Notes under the pieces: model-generated | Seen by the model: the letters and a program-made list of their open reading frames with translations, nothing else | What the model was told of the DNA's origin: nothing | Database searches by the model: none | Position numbers and translations under genes: made by a program | Shown here: piece after piece, positions 37,082-46,254 of the stretch | Numbering within the stretch: the first letter of the stretch is position 1 | How the letters are laid out: every line of letters begins with the position of its first letter | NCBI GenBank assembly: GCA_019244415.1 | Contig: JAFASN010000112.1 | Location: 2,265-66,264 of the forward strand | DNA: 64,000 nucleotides | Direction: 5' to 3' | DNA from: Verrucomicrobiota bacterium | GTDB lineage: Bacteria > Verrucomicrobiota > Verrucomicrobiia > Chthoniobacterales > UBA10450

Positions 37082-38047
37082 ATGAAAAAAATCGGCATTC
37101 TTTTCGGCCAGGAAAACAGTTTTCCCTGGGCGTTCATTGATCGAGTTAGGCAGAAGACCGGCGGCACAGACATCGCGGCCGAGCCGGTGCGGATCGACAA
37201 AGTCATCCAGGGCGAGCCGTGCGGTTACCATGTGGTGATCGACCGCATCTCGCAGGATGTGCCCTTCTATCGCGCGTGGCTCAAGAATGCAGCGCTCACC
37301 GGAACCGCCGTCGTCAACAATCCGTTTTGGTGGAGCGCGGATGAGAAGTTCTTCAATAACGCGCTCGCGACGAAAATCGGCGTCGCCGTTCCGAAGACGG
37401 TACTTTTGCCATCGCACGAGGTCCCGCCAGACACTAACGCCAACTCATTCCGGAATCTGGCGTACCCGCTCGATTGGGACGCGATTTTTGAGTACGTGGG
37501 CTGGCCAGCGTTCTTCAAACCGTTCGCCGGCGGCGGCTGGAAGAATGTCTATCGCCTACATAATCCCGAGGAATTTTACCGCGCCTACAGCGAGACCGGC
37601 CAGCTGGTGATGATGCTCCAGGAAGAAGTGAAATTCGATATGTACTTCCGCTGTTACTGCATCGACCAAACTGGCGTGCGCGTGATGCCGTACGAGCCGC
37701 GTCATCCCTATCATCTGCGTTATCAGACCGAGTGGCGGGCGCCGCGGGAAATCATCGAGCAGGTCGAGTGGGGCGTGCGCCGGCTGAATGAGTACTTGGG
37801 CTACGATTTGAACACGGTGGAGTTCGCCATTCGCGACGGCGTTCCGGTGGCGATCGATTTCTGCAATCCCGCGCCGGACGCCGAGGTCACGTCGGTCGGG
37901 CAGGCCAATTTTGACTGGGTGGTTGACGCCGTTTCCGAAATGGCCATCCGCAAAGCGCGCGAGCATCAGCCCGGGCGCGACAATCTCACCTGGGGCAAAT
38001 TCGTGCAGGCGGCAGTGGCGCGGCGCGAGCTGGGCGAAGTACGATAA
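37082..38047 (+). CDS. ATP-grasp family ligase (RimK/glutathione-synthetase-like)
   Basis: MKKIGILFGQE, NNPFWWSADEKFFNNALATKIGVAVPKTVLLP, WPAFFKPFAGGGWKNVYRL, NTVEFAIRDGVPVAIDFCNP. Confidence 0.75.
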   Translation: MKKIGILFGQENSFPWAFIDRVRQKTGGTDIAAEPVRIDKVIQGEPCGYHVVIDRISQDVPFYRAWLKNAALTGTAVVNNPFWWSADEKFFNNALATKIGVAVPKTVLLPSHEVPPDTNANSFRNLAYPLDWDAIFEYVGWPAFFKPFAGGGWKNVYRLHNPEEFYRAYSETGQLVMMLQEEVKFDMYFRCYCIDQTGVRVMPYEPRHPYHLRYQTEWRAPREIIEQVEWGVRRLNEYLGYDLNTVEFAIRDGVPVAIDFCNPAPDAEVTSVGQANFDWVVDAVSEMAIRKAREHQPGRDNLTWGKFVQAAVARRELGEVR

Positions 38048-38070
38048 GCATCACGAGCTTAACCGTCGCT

Positions 38071-38162
38071 GTCATTCCGACCAAGCCAAGCGTAGCCGAG
38101 GTATCCCGTGGCGCTAGGTTCAGGCGACTTCCACGGGATCCCTCGGCTTCGCTCGGGATGAC
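38071..38162. repeat. palindromic REP/MITE-like element, copy 2
   Basis: The element reads gtcattccgaccaagccaagcgtagccgaggtatcccgtggcg...ccacgggatccctcggcttcgctcgggatgac. It overlaps the last 14 codons of mutM. Confidence 0.7.
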
Positions 38163-38962
38163 TGGCAGGTGGCGCACCACGCGGTCGTCCGGCCACCGAT
38201 GGTGGTGCGTCGCAAGACCATTCCATGCTTGGGGCATTTTCCGCGCGCGCTCCAGCGTTCGTGAATGAGCCAGGTGCGTGGAAGATCAGAATCATCCGCG
38301 CCGATGATGCGCAGCGATTCGCGCGCAACAAACCGCGTGGCGCGAAAAGTACGCGCTCGCTCAGAGCTCGTTAGCTCGCCGGTCTGCTTATGTGGCGCGA
38401 CTTTCGCCCGCCACAGAATCTCGTCCGCCATCCAGTTACCGATGCCGGAAAACCCGGATTGCATGAGCAGCACTGCTTTGATTGGCGGCCTGGCGTGACG
38501 CGCAAGGAAAGTATCGAAGAAACCACGCGTCATTCGGCTGACTTCAGGGGTCGCTTCGTCCCACCAGAGCGGCGGCGTCTCGCCGTGGTCAAACTGGATT
38601 CGCCCAAACTGGCGCGCATCTTGAAACACCAGCGCGCGGTCTCGCTGGTAAAGTACAAGATGATCATGTTTGCCGGGGCGAAATTCGACCGCGGCGCATT
38701 GCAGTCTGCCAGTCATGCCCAGGTGAATGCCGAGCCAGCTCTGCGCCGGAGTCGCATTCGCGCTGGAAAATCGAAACAGCATCCGCTTGCCGCGCGCGAT
38801 CGATCCGAGCAGGCGTGCGCCGGTAAGGCAGCGTATCAGCTCACGCGTATTCGTCCCGCGGAAGACGCGCTTGCGCGAATGCAACGCCACCTCGCGAACG
38901 CGACCTCCGAGTCCGGCGTTCCATTGCCGGCGGAAATATTCCACTTCAGCGAGCTCGGGCAT
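38120..38962 (-). CDS. mutM: formamidopyrimidine-DNA glycosylase
   Basis: MPELAEVEYFRRQW (catalytic N-terminal Pro after Met), H2TH region, and C-terminal zinc finger CPKHG..RTTAWCATCQ. Start is set at the MPELAEVE Met. Confidence 0.9.
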   Translation of the reverse strand: MPELAEVEYFRRQWNAGLGGRVREVALHSRKRVFRGTNTRELIRCLTGARLLGSIARGKRMLFRFSSANATPAQSWLGIHLGMTGRLQCAAVEFRPGKHDHLVLYQRDRALVFQDARQFGRIQFDHGETPPLWWDEATPEVSRMTRGFFDTFLARHARPPIKAVLLMQSGFSGIGNWMADEILWRAKVAPHKQTGELTSSERARTFRATRFVARESLRIIGADDSDLPRTWLIHERWSARGKCPKHGMVLRRTTIGGRTTAWCATCQSSRAKPRDPVEVA

Positions 38963-39081
38963 TGCCAAGCCTAGACGTTCACAACAACCGCCACAATGCA
39001 GCGCCGCGCGCGGTCATCTGGAACCGTGCCCGCGCGCCGTTTCTCCACAATCACTTGAGAGATTCTGGGCTTCGCCGAAGA

Positions 39082-40866
39082 ATGAGCCCCGTGTACCGTA
39101 CTCACCATTGCAATGAACTCCGCGCGTCTGACGTCGGCCGCGAGGTGAAGCTCGCCGGCTGGGTTAACATGCACCGGAACCTTGGCGGCGTGGTGTTTCT
39201 CGATTTGCGCGATCGCGAAGGGCTGACGCAGGTCGTGTTTCGCCCGGAAGATAACGCGGAGCTTGCTGCCGAGGCGCGCAAACTCGGTCACGAAGACGTG
39301 ATCCAGGTGACGGGCGAGGTCGCGGCGCGCATCGCCGGCATGGCCAATCCTAATCTGCCTACCGGCGAAATCGAAGTGATCGCGCACGAGTTGCGGGTGT
39401 TGAATCGCGCCGAGGATTTGCCCTTCGAAATCGGCGGCGACGTGAAAGACGAAGACCTGCGGCTTAAGTACCGCTATCTCGACCTGCGCCGGCCGCAGCT
39501 CGCGCGCAACCTGCGCATCCGCGACAAAGTGGTGAAAGCGGTCCGCGATTACTTTCACGCGAACGGCTTCATCGAGGTCGAGACGCCGATTCTCTCGAAG
39601 AGTACGCCCGAAGGAGCGCGCGATTTTCTTGTGCCATCACGAATCTGGCCGGGCAAGTTTTACGCGCTGCCACAGGCCCCGCAGCAATACAAACAATTGC
39701 TCATGGTCGCCGGCGTGGAGAAGTACTTTCAGATTGCAAAAGCATTTCGCGATGAAGATTTGCGCGCCGACCGCCAGCCGGAGTTTTCGCAGATCGACGT
39801 GGAGGCATCGTTCGTTCGACCGGACGACATTCTTTCGCTCACGGAAGGAATGCTCGCGGCGATTTATCGTGATGCGCTCGGCGTCGAGATTCAGACGCCG
39901 TTCGACCGGGTGACGTACTATGATGCCGTCAACACTTACGGCAGCGATAAACCTGATCGGCGCTTTGGCATGAAGCTCGTGGATCTCACCGGCGCGTTTC
40001 GCCAGAGCGGCTTCAAAGTTTTCCGCGGCGCGATTGAGAATGGCGGCGTAGTCAAAGCGATCAATGCGAAGGGATTCGCCAGCGTGACCACCGGTCAACT
40101 GGCTGATCTGGAAACGACGGCAAAAAAATTTGGGGCCAAAGGACTCGCCACCATCAAAGCGGAAGGCAGCGAATGGAAATCGGCGATCACAAAGTTCCTG
40201 AGTGACAGCGAACGCGAAACGCTGCGTACTCAGCTTGAGATCGAACAAGGCGACCTGATCCTGTTCGCGGCCGATAAATGGGACCGGGCGTGCGAAGTGC
40301 TCGGCCGGCTGCGGCTGCGCGTGGCCGAAATGCTGAACCTCGTTCCGCCGAACGACGTGCGCGATTTCCTCTGGGTGACCGATTTTCCGCTGCTGCAATT
40401 CGACCCTGCGGAAGACAAATGGAACGCGGTACATCATCCGTTCACGCGGCCGCATGCCGCCGACATGCAACTGCTGGATGAGAAAAAGTACGCCGCGGTT
40501 CGGGCCGAAGCGTACGATGTCGTACTCGATGGCGTGGAGCTTGGCGGCGGCAGTATTCGGATCCACGAGCCGGAATTGCAGGCGAAAATCTTCAGCATCC
40601 TCGGCGTGAACGAGCAGCAACAGCAGGAGCTGTTTGGCCACATGCTGCGCGCGTTTCGCACGGGCGCGCCCCCGCACGGCGGGATCGCCTTTGGCCTCGA
40701 TCGCATCGTGATGCTGGTTTGCGGCGAAACCTCGATTCGCGAGGTAATGGCATTCCCGAAAACGAATCGCGCTCAGGACTTGATGTCCCAATCACCTTCA
40801 CCAGCGGACAACCGCCAGTTGCGCGACTTGGGAATCAAACTCGCACCGGAGCGCGAGTCGAGCTGA
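39082..40866 (+). CDS. aspS: aspartate--tRNA ligase
   Basis: YRTHHCNELR, GWVNMHRNLGGVVFLDLRDREG, FYALPQAPQQYKQLLM, FRDEDLRADRQPEFSQID, GGGSIRIH, GIAFGLDR. Confidence 0.93.
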   Translation: MSPVYRTHHCNELRASDVGREVKLAGWVNMHRNLGGVVFLDLRDREGLTQVVFRPEDNAELAAEARKLGHEDVIQVTGEVAARIAGMANPNLPTGEIEVIAHELRVLNRAEDLPFEIGGDVKDEDLRLKYRYLDLRRPQLARNLRIRDKVVKAVRDYFHANGFIEVETPILSKSTPEGARDFLVPSRIWPGKFYALPQAPQQYKQLLMVAGVEKYFQIAKAFRDEDLRADRQPEFSQIDVEASFVRPDDILSLTEGMLAAIYRDALGVEIQTPFDRVTYYDAVNTYGSDKPDRRFGMKLVDLTGAFRQSGFKVFRGAIENGGVVKAINAKGFASVTTGQLADLETTAKKFGAKGLATIKAEGSEWKSAITKFLSDSERETLRTQLEIEQGDLILFAADKWDRACEVLGRLRLRVAEMLNLVPPNDVRDFLWVTDFPLLQFDPAEDKWNAVHHPFTRPHAADMQLLDEKKYAAVRAEAYDVVLDGVELGGGSIRIHEPELQAKIFSILGVNEQQQQELFGHMLRAFRTGAPPHGGIAFGLDRIVMLVCGETSIREVMAFPKTNRAQDLMSQSPSPADNRQLRDLGIKLAPERESS

Positions 40867-40894
40867 GTACGATTGATCGTTGTCCCCGGCCGCG

Positions 40895-40908
40895 AATTGC
40901 CTGCAATT
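40895..40908. promoter_or_regulatory. 14-bp palindrome AATTGC-CT-GCAATT upstream of the acyl-CoA dehydrogenase gene
   Basis: Read directly, about 105 nt upstream of ATG 41015. Operator-like dyad. Confidence 0.3.
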
Positions 40909-41014
40909 GTAGAGAAACTTCCACCCCGCCTCGGTGGACAGGCGCGCCCGCCTGAATACAATAGCTGACTCGCTCGCAGCCGGACTGATACCGCTGCCTG
41001 AGCTTTCAAGTTTT

Positions 41015-42796
41015 ATGGCGCAAACGGACGCAGAAATTCAACGGCAAAAGGAGATGCAGCAGGCCGAGGAGCTGCTCTTTAGCGGCAAGCAGGAGCTCGG
41101 TTACGCCAAAGGTCTGTTCCTGGGCAATTTTGTCGCGGATTGGGTCATGCCCTACCCGCGGTTGACCGAGTCGCAGGCATCGGAACTGACGAGCGCGCTC
41201 GCTGATGTGCGCGAGATGCTCGATCGCGAGCTGGATTCGGATTGGATCGACGCTCACGCCGACATTCCGTCGGATCTCATCCGCGGTTTGGCGCAGACCG
41301 GTGTACTTGGGATGACTGCTCCGCGCGAGTTCGGTGGTCGTGGCTTTTCGCAGATGCAGTACTGCAAAGTACTGGAGGAAATCGGCAGCCGGGACGCTTC
41401 GGTGTCGGTTTTCACCAACGCGCATCATTCCATCGGCGTGCGCGCCTTATTGTTGTTCGGCACAAAAGAGCAGCAGGCGCGCTGGTTGCCGCCGCTCGTC
41501 TCGGGCGAACAGCTCGCCGCCTTCGCTTTGACGGAAGAAAATGCCGGCTCTGATGCGGCGAACGTGCAAATGACCGCCACGCCTACGGAAGACGGCAGCG
41601 CGTACATTCTCAACGGCCGCAAGCGTTACATCACCAACGTCGATATCGCGAATGTCTTAACGGTAATGGCGCGCACGCCGGTGCCGGATAAGCCGGGCAA
41701 GGACGCGATCACCGCGTTTCTCGTCACGAAAGACATGCCTGGGTTCCACATGATCAACGGCCGCATGGCGAAGCTCGGCATTCGCGGCACGGCCACGGCG
41801 ACGTTCGAGCTGCGCGATGTGCGCGTGCCGAGGGAAAACATTCTTGGCAAGCTTGGCAAAGGTCTGCGCGTCGCGCTCACCGTGCTGGATTTCGGCCGTA
41901 CTACGTTTGGTGCGTGTTGCACCGGCGCGGCCAAGCGTTGCCTGCGCATGGCCATCGAGCATGCGAACACGCGTCAGCAGTTCAAAAAAACGCTGGGCAG
42001 CTTCGACCTCGTAAAAAAGAAAATCGCCGGGATGGCCGCCGACGCTTACGCCATGGAAGCGATGACGATGGTCACCGCGTCACTCATTGATCGCGGCCTC
42101 GAGGATTACATGATCGAAACGGCCATGCTGAAGGTCTTTACGACTGAGCGCCTGTGGGAAGCGGTGAACGAGACATTTCAAATTCATGGGGGCGCTGCAT
42201 ACTTCGATGACAATCCGCTCGGGCGAATCCTTCGCGACGCGCGCATCAATCAAATCGGCGAGGGCTCAAACGAGGTACTGACCTCGTTCATCGCGCTTGT
42301 CGGCATGCGCGGGCCCGGCATGGAATTCAAGGAGATTTACGATACTGTGATGTCGCTCGGCGTCGGCCGGATGGGGAAGGCATGGATGGCGGGCAAGAGC
42401 CGGCTCAATGCCACCTTCCGGCCGCCGAACGTGCCGGTGCGCAGCGAATCATTGCGCGGGTTCGCCGGCCAGCTTTCACGGTTGATCTGGCGCTTTAATC
42501 TCGCTGTCAATCGCGCGCTGGTCGTTTACCGCGAGCCGGTGCTGGATATGCAGCTTATCCAGGAACGCATCGCCGGTGCAGCCATGGAACTATTTGCCTC
42601 GAGTTGCGCCCTTAGCCGCTGGGACGCGGAGCTCCAGGCGAGAACTGGCAATGGCCAATCCGCGCACGATTTCACCGCCCCTGAGTACTTTCTGCGCAAA
42701 TCGATCCGGCGGGCGCGGCATTTCCTTGCCGGCCTGAACGAGAACGACGACCGCGTCATGCTCGCAGCGGCGAACGCGGCGCTGCAATCGCGCTGA
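41015..42796 (+). CDS. acyl-CoA dehydrogenase family protein (long form)
   Basis: GVLGMTAPREFGGRGFS, LAAFALTEENAGSDAANV, YITNVDIANV, IHGGAAYFDDNPLGRILRDARINQIGEGSNEV. Confidence 0.88.
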   Translation: MAQTDAEIQRQKEMQQAEELLFSGKQELGYAKGLFLGNFVADWVMPYPRLTESQASELTSALADVREMLDRELDSDWIDAHADIPSDLIRGLAQTGVLGMTAPREFGGRGFSQMQYCKVLEEIGSRDASVSVFTNAHHSIGVRALLLFGTKEQQARWLPPLVSGEQLAAFALTEENAGSDAANVQMTATPTEDGSAYILNGRKRYITNVDIANVLTVMARTPVPDKPGKDAITAFLVTKDMPGFHMINGRMAKLGIRGTATATFELRDVRVPRENILGKLGKGLRVALTVLDFGRTTFGACCTGAAKRCLRMAIEHANTRQQFKKTLGSFDLVKKKIAGMAADAYAMEAMTMVTASLIDRGLEDYMIETAMLKVFTTERLWEAVNETFQIHGGAAYFDDNPLGRILRDARINQIGEGSNEVLTSFIALVGMRGPGMEFKEIYDTVMSLGVGRMGKAWMAGKSRLNATFRPPNVPVRSESLRGFAGQLSRLIWRFNLAVNRALVVYREPVLDMQLIQERIAGAAMELFASSCALSRWDAELQARTGNGQSAHDFTAPEYFLRKSIRRARHFLAGLNENDDRVMLAAANAALQSR

Positions 42797-42926
42797 TACC
42801 AAACCCGACCTTCCGGATTGCCATTTACGCGGGCAACCGGAGTCTAAACCTCCGGCACCTTCTCGCCGGCAAAACCGGTCGCAGGCACGGAAAATGGTGC
42901 ATTGAATCGCACGGTTCGCCGTCGCG

Positions 42927-43886
42927 ATGAATCCATCCACGCTCACTGTTTTGATCCCGTGCTTGAACGAAGAGCTTGGGATTGCCGAGGTCGTTCGCGA
43001 GTACTCACGGGCATTTCCTTACGCCGAAATTCTCGTCGTTGATAACGGCTCCGAAGACAGCACGGCCGATGCTGCACGCGAAGCCGGCGCGCTCGTACTC
43101 AAGGAGCGGCGCCGTGGCAAGGCGCGCGCCGTCGCCACCGCCTTGGAACAGATCGACACGGATCTCGTCTTGATGGTAGATGGCGATGGAAGCTATCCCG
43201 CCGCCGGCGCCCGCCTGTTGCTGGACCAATTCCAACGCGAACCGGCAGACATGATCAGTGGCATTCGCAGCGCGCAGGATGACGTCTTTCGCCCGCTCCA
43301 CCAATGGGGCATGTCAGTTTTTGCTTCCGTCCTGAACCTCGTCTTCGGATTCAAACCGCTCGATCTCTTTTCCGGACTTCGCTTGTTGTCAGGCCGCTTT
43401 TATCAACATGTGCCGGTACTCTCACGCGGTTTCGAGCTGGAGATCGAGCTGACAATCCAGGCCATTGATAAGGGTTTCTCGCTCGCGGAAGTCCCCGTCC
43501 CATTTTGCAGCCGCACCGGAGGTTCTCGCTCGAAACTACGCACCGTGCACGACGGCCTGCGCATTCTTCGCCTGCTCGCCGTCCTGTTTCGCGATTACCG
43601 GCCATTCGCCTTCTTCGGCACACTCGGCGGATTGCTCGCGTTCGCTGGGTTGACCGCCGGTTCGTTGCCAATTGCCGAGTTCTTTCGCACCGGGCAGGTA
43701 GGAAGATTTCCTCTCGCCATCCTTGCCGCGTCGCTTGTCTCGCTTGCGATTCTGCTGGCGCTAATAGGAACTGTTTTACAGGCAAACCTTCGCTACCATC
43801 GCGAGGCTTACCACATTCAGCTGCGGAAATTTCGCGCACCCTCACGGAGGGAGCAGCGTTCTTTCGCCCGCGTGCTCGCCAGCTGA
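42927..43886 (+). CDS. GT2 polyprenol-phosphate glycosyltransferase (GtrB/ArnC-like) with C-terminal TM hairpin
   Basis: LTVLIPCLNEE, ILVVDNGSEDST, LVLMVDGDGSYP, then two C-terminal TM helices FAFFGTLGGLLAFAGL.. and PLAILAASLVSLAILLALIG. Confidence 0.85.
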   Translation: MNPSTLTVLIPCLNEELGIAEVVREYSRAFPYAEILVVDNGSEDSTADAAREAGALVLKERRRGKARAVATALEQIDTDLVLMVDGDGSYPAAGARLLLDQFQREPADMISGIRSAQDDVFRPLHQWGMSVFASVLNLVFGFKPLDLFSGLRLLSGRFYQHVPVLSRGFELEIELTIQAIDKGFSLAEVPVPFCSRTGGSRSKLRTVHDGLRILRLLAVLFRDYRPFAFFGTLGGLLAFAGLTAGSLPIAEFFRTGQVGRFPLAILAASLVSLAILLALIGTVLQANLRYHREAYHIQLRKFRAPSRREQRSFARVLAS

Positions 43887-43897
43887 CCTGCTGCCTG

Positions 43898-45130
43898 ATG
43901 GTGGGGAAGGAAAACAGTACAAGAATAGCTGGCGAGAAGCTGCGCAAACGCATCGCTACTATCGCGCAGTACTATCCACCGCACGTTGGTGGCCTAGAGA
44001 TTGTAGCTCAGAAGCTCGCGCAGAGCCTTGTTGAGTACGGGCACGAAGTCAGCGTAGTAACATGCAGCACCACCGCCCCGGGAACCTCCACCGAAAACGG
44101 AGTAAAGGTCAGACGGTGCAAAGCATTCAACCACCTCGATAACTACTTCAGTATTCCCTTCGCGTTCTTCGGCCGAAATGTGTTCGAGGCGTTAAAGACT
44201 GAGATCGAAGCAGCCGACCTTGTCCACATCCATGATGTACTCTATCCCATATCATGGATCGCTTACCTGCTTGCCCGCCGCTATGCTAAACCAGTTTGCA
44301 TTATTCAACACGTCGCACTCGTTTTTCATACGAATGCATCCGTGCGCATGGCGCAGCAGCTTGTTTACAGGACCGTAGGCAAAGCGATGCTCAACCGTAG
44401 TAATCAGGTCATTGCTTACAACAAAACGGTCAAGCAATTCTTTCTGAAACTCGGTCTTCGCGATGGACAAGTTGTTCAAATGCGGAATGGCGTTGATCTT
44501 GATTTGTTTAGCCCATCGACTGACCGGTTGGCGGAGACGCGGCTAAAGTACGGCCTGGGCACCGACAAGCCAATCGTGCTGTTTGTCGGTAGGCTCGTGC
44601 CAAAGAAAGGGTTCCAACTACTTCTTCAAACTGCCGGTGAAGACATTCAGCTCGTTTTTGTGGGCAGCGGCAAGTTGCGTCATGACGAGCAGCTCTTGCC
44701 AAACGCACGTTTCTTAAGTGCGCTTGGTCAGGCTGAATTGGCCGAGCTCTATCGAGCCAGTGATTTGTTCGTACTTCCAAGTACGGGAGAAGTTTTCCCT
44801 CTAGCGGCGCAAGAAGCCATGGCCAGCGGTCTCCCGCTAATCTTAGGAGATGACCCCGGCTACAGCGAATACCGGATCGATCGCGCGATGATCACGCTGG
44901 TTCGACCAGAGCCAGTATTATTAAGTCGAGCCATCCGGCAGCTTCTCGGTGATGCAAGCCGCCTCGCCAAAATGAGGTTGTACTCAAGGCGATTTGCCGA
45001 GGAACATTTCGATTGGGAGACGAACCTGCTGCAAGAAAGCAGGACTTACGTTGACCTGCCCGTGCGCGCAGCGCCTGCTTCTGCTGCATCTGCGCGCTGT
45101 GAGATACATAAAGCCGCAACTGCTGCGTGA
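43898..45130 (+). CDS. GT4 family glycosyltransferase
   Basis: IATIAQYYPPHVGGLEIVAQKLAQSL, VGRLVPKKGF, LPSTGEVFPLAAQEAMASGLP (E-x7-E region). The start is moved to ATG 43898 because upstream codons overlap the GT2 gene. Confidence 0.85.
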   Translation: MVGKENSTRIAGEKLRKRIATIAQYYPPHVGGLEIVAQKLAQSLVEYGHEVSVVTCSTTAPGTSTENGVKVRRCKAFNHLDNYFSIPFAFFGRNVFEALKTEIEAADLVHIHDVLYPISWIAYLLARRYAKPVCIIQHVALVFHTNASVRMAQQLVYRTVGKAMLNRSNQVIAYNKTVKQFFLKLGLRDGQVVQMRNGVDLDLFSPSTDRLAETRLKYGLGTDKPIVLFVGRLVPKKGFQLLLQTAGEDIQLVFVGSGKLRHDEQLLPNARFLSALGQAELAELYRASDLFVLPSTGEVFPLAAQEAMASGLPLILGDDPGYSEYRIDRAMITLVRPEPVLLSRAIRQLLGDASRLAKMRLYSRRFAEEHFDWETNLLQESRTYVDLPVRAAPASAASARCEIHKAATAA

Positions 45131-46254
45131 AAAACCCGAAGATTTTAATATTCAAGCTCGGTCTGCTCGGAGATGTCATCATGACTACGCCCTTCGTCCG
45201 GCAACTTCGCAGCATTTGTCCCAGGAGCGAAATCCAGTACTGGACATCGAGGGAATTCGCCGCGCCTCTTGTAGGTAATCCTCACCTTTCGCGCGTTCTC
45301 GGCTTCGACTCGGCCCCGTTTTACCGTAAAGATGTCGCTGGTGCGTTACGGCTGCGGCAGCGGCTACGCTCTGAAGTTTTCGACATAGGATTCTTTCTAG
45401 GCAAGCACTGGTTCTTTAACGCTTTCGCTGCTTCGTTAGGCATACCGCGGCGCATAGGCTTCGCGCGCGAGCCAATCAGTCGCTGGTTCCTAACGGATAG
45501 TGTTGCCTACCGCGAGCTGCGACACGAAATTCATTACTACCTGGATTTACTCAACTTCGTCGGTGAACCCGATCGATCGGATATAGCTATGGAAGTAGCT
45601 ACTTCGAAGGAATGCGAGACGAGGGCAAACTCGTTGATGGAGCAGTTCCGGCTCGACGGATTTATCGGCGTAATCAACAGCGGCGGTAACAATGCCGGCG
45701 AGAGCGGTTTCGTTCGCCGGCTGCCTTCAGATTTCTTTGTCCAGCTCGTGCGCAACCTGGCGCAACGCACGAAAGTCGTTCTTTTTGGTAACACCGTCGA
45801 TGGTGAGTACTACGGGGCATTCTCGTTCCCCCGCGAAGTGATAAACCTGGCGGGCCGCCTATCCTTTCACGAGAGCCTCGCCCTGATGAGACGAGCTAAC
45901 CGCATGTTTACGACGGACTGTGGTGGAATGCACATGGCTGGAGTAGTAAACCGAAACATCACGGCCTTTTTTGGGCCGGCGCATCCCGCGCGGAAGGCAC
46001 CCCTCCTCGGTAACGTAGAGATCGTCTGGCCTGATCGCGATAAGTACGATGCGAAGTACGATCTCTACAACCTGCCACCGGCCGAACCGCTATTTCAGGA
46101 GATTAAGATACGGCGGACTTCAGGTGCGGGACGGATGCATGCAGGTGGGCAGGCAAGCGTTTGCCTGACACGAAATCGAAAGTCCCGGACGGGAGGAGAC
46201 AGCATCAGCTCTCCGGTACAGCTCGGAGCAAGTGAGCGCATCTTGTCTTGGTAA
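45127..46254 (+). CDS. GT9 family glycosyltransferase (heptosyltransferase-like)
   Basis: KILIFKLGLLGDVIMTTPFVRQLR, GINSGGNNAGESG, TTDCGGMHMAG. The last about 50 codons lack recognisable features and overlap the convergent flippase gene. Confidence 0.8.
   Translation: MKNPKILIFKLGLLGDVIMTTPFVRQLRSICPRSEIQYWTSREFAAPLVGNPHLSRVLGFDSAPFYRKDVAGALRLRQRLRSEVFDIGFFLGKHWFFNAFAASLGIPRRIGFAREPISRWFLTDSVAYRELRHEIHYYLDLLNFVGEPDRSDIAMEVATSKECETRANSLMEQFRLDGFIGVINSGGNNAGESGFVRRLPSDFFVQLVRNLAQRTKVVLFGNTVDGEYYGAFSFPREVINLAGRLSFHESLALMRRANRMFTTDCGGMHMAGVVNRNITAFFGPAHPARKAPLLGNVEIVWPDRDKYDAKYDLYNLPPAEPLFQEIKIRRTSGAGRMHAGGQASVCLTRNRKSRTGGDSISSPVQLGASERILSW

Noticed and set aside
43505-43897. N-terminal 131-codon extension of the GT4 ORF
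   Set aside because: It overlaps the 3' end of the GT2 gene in another frame and is Arg-rich. The GT4 homology begins just after ATG 43898.
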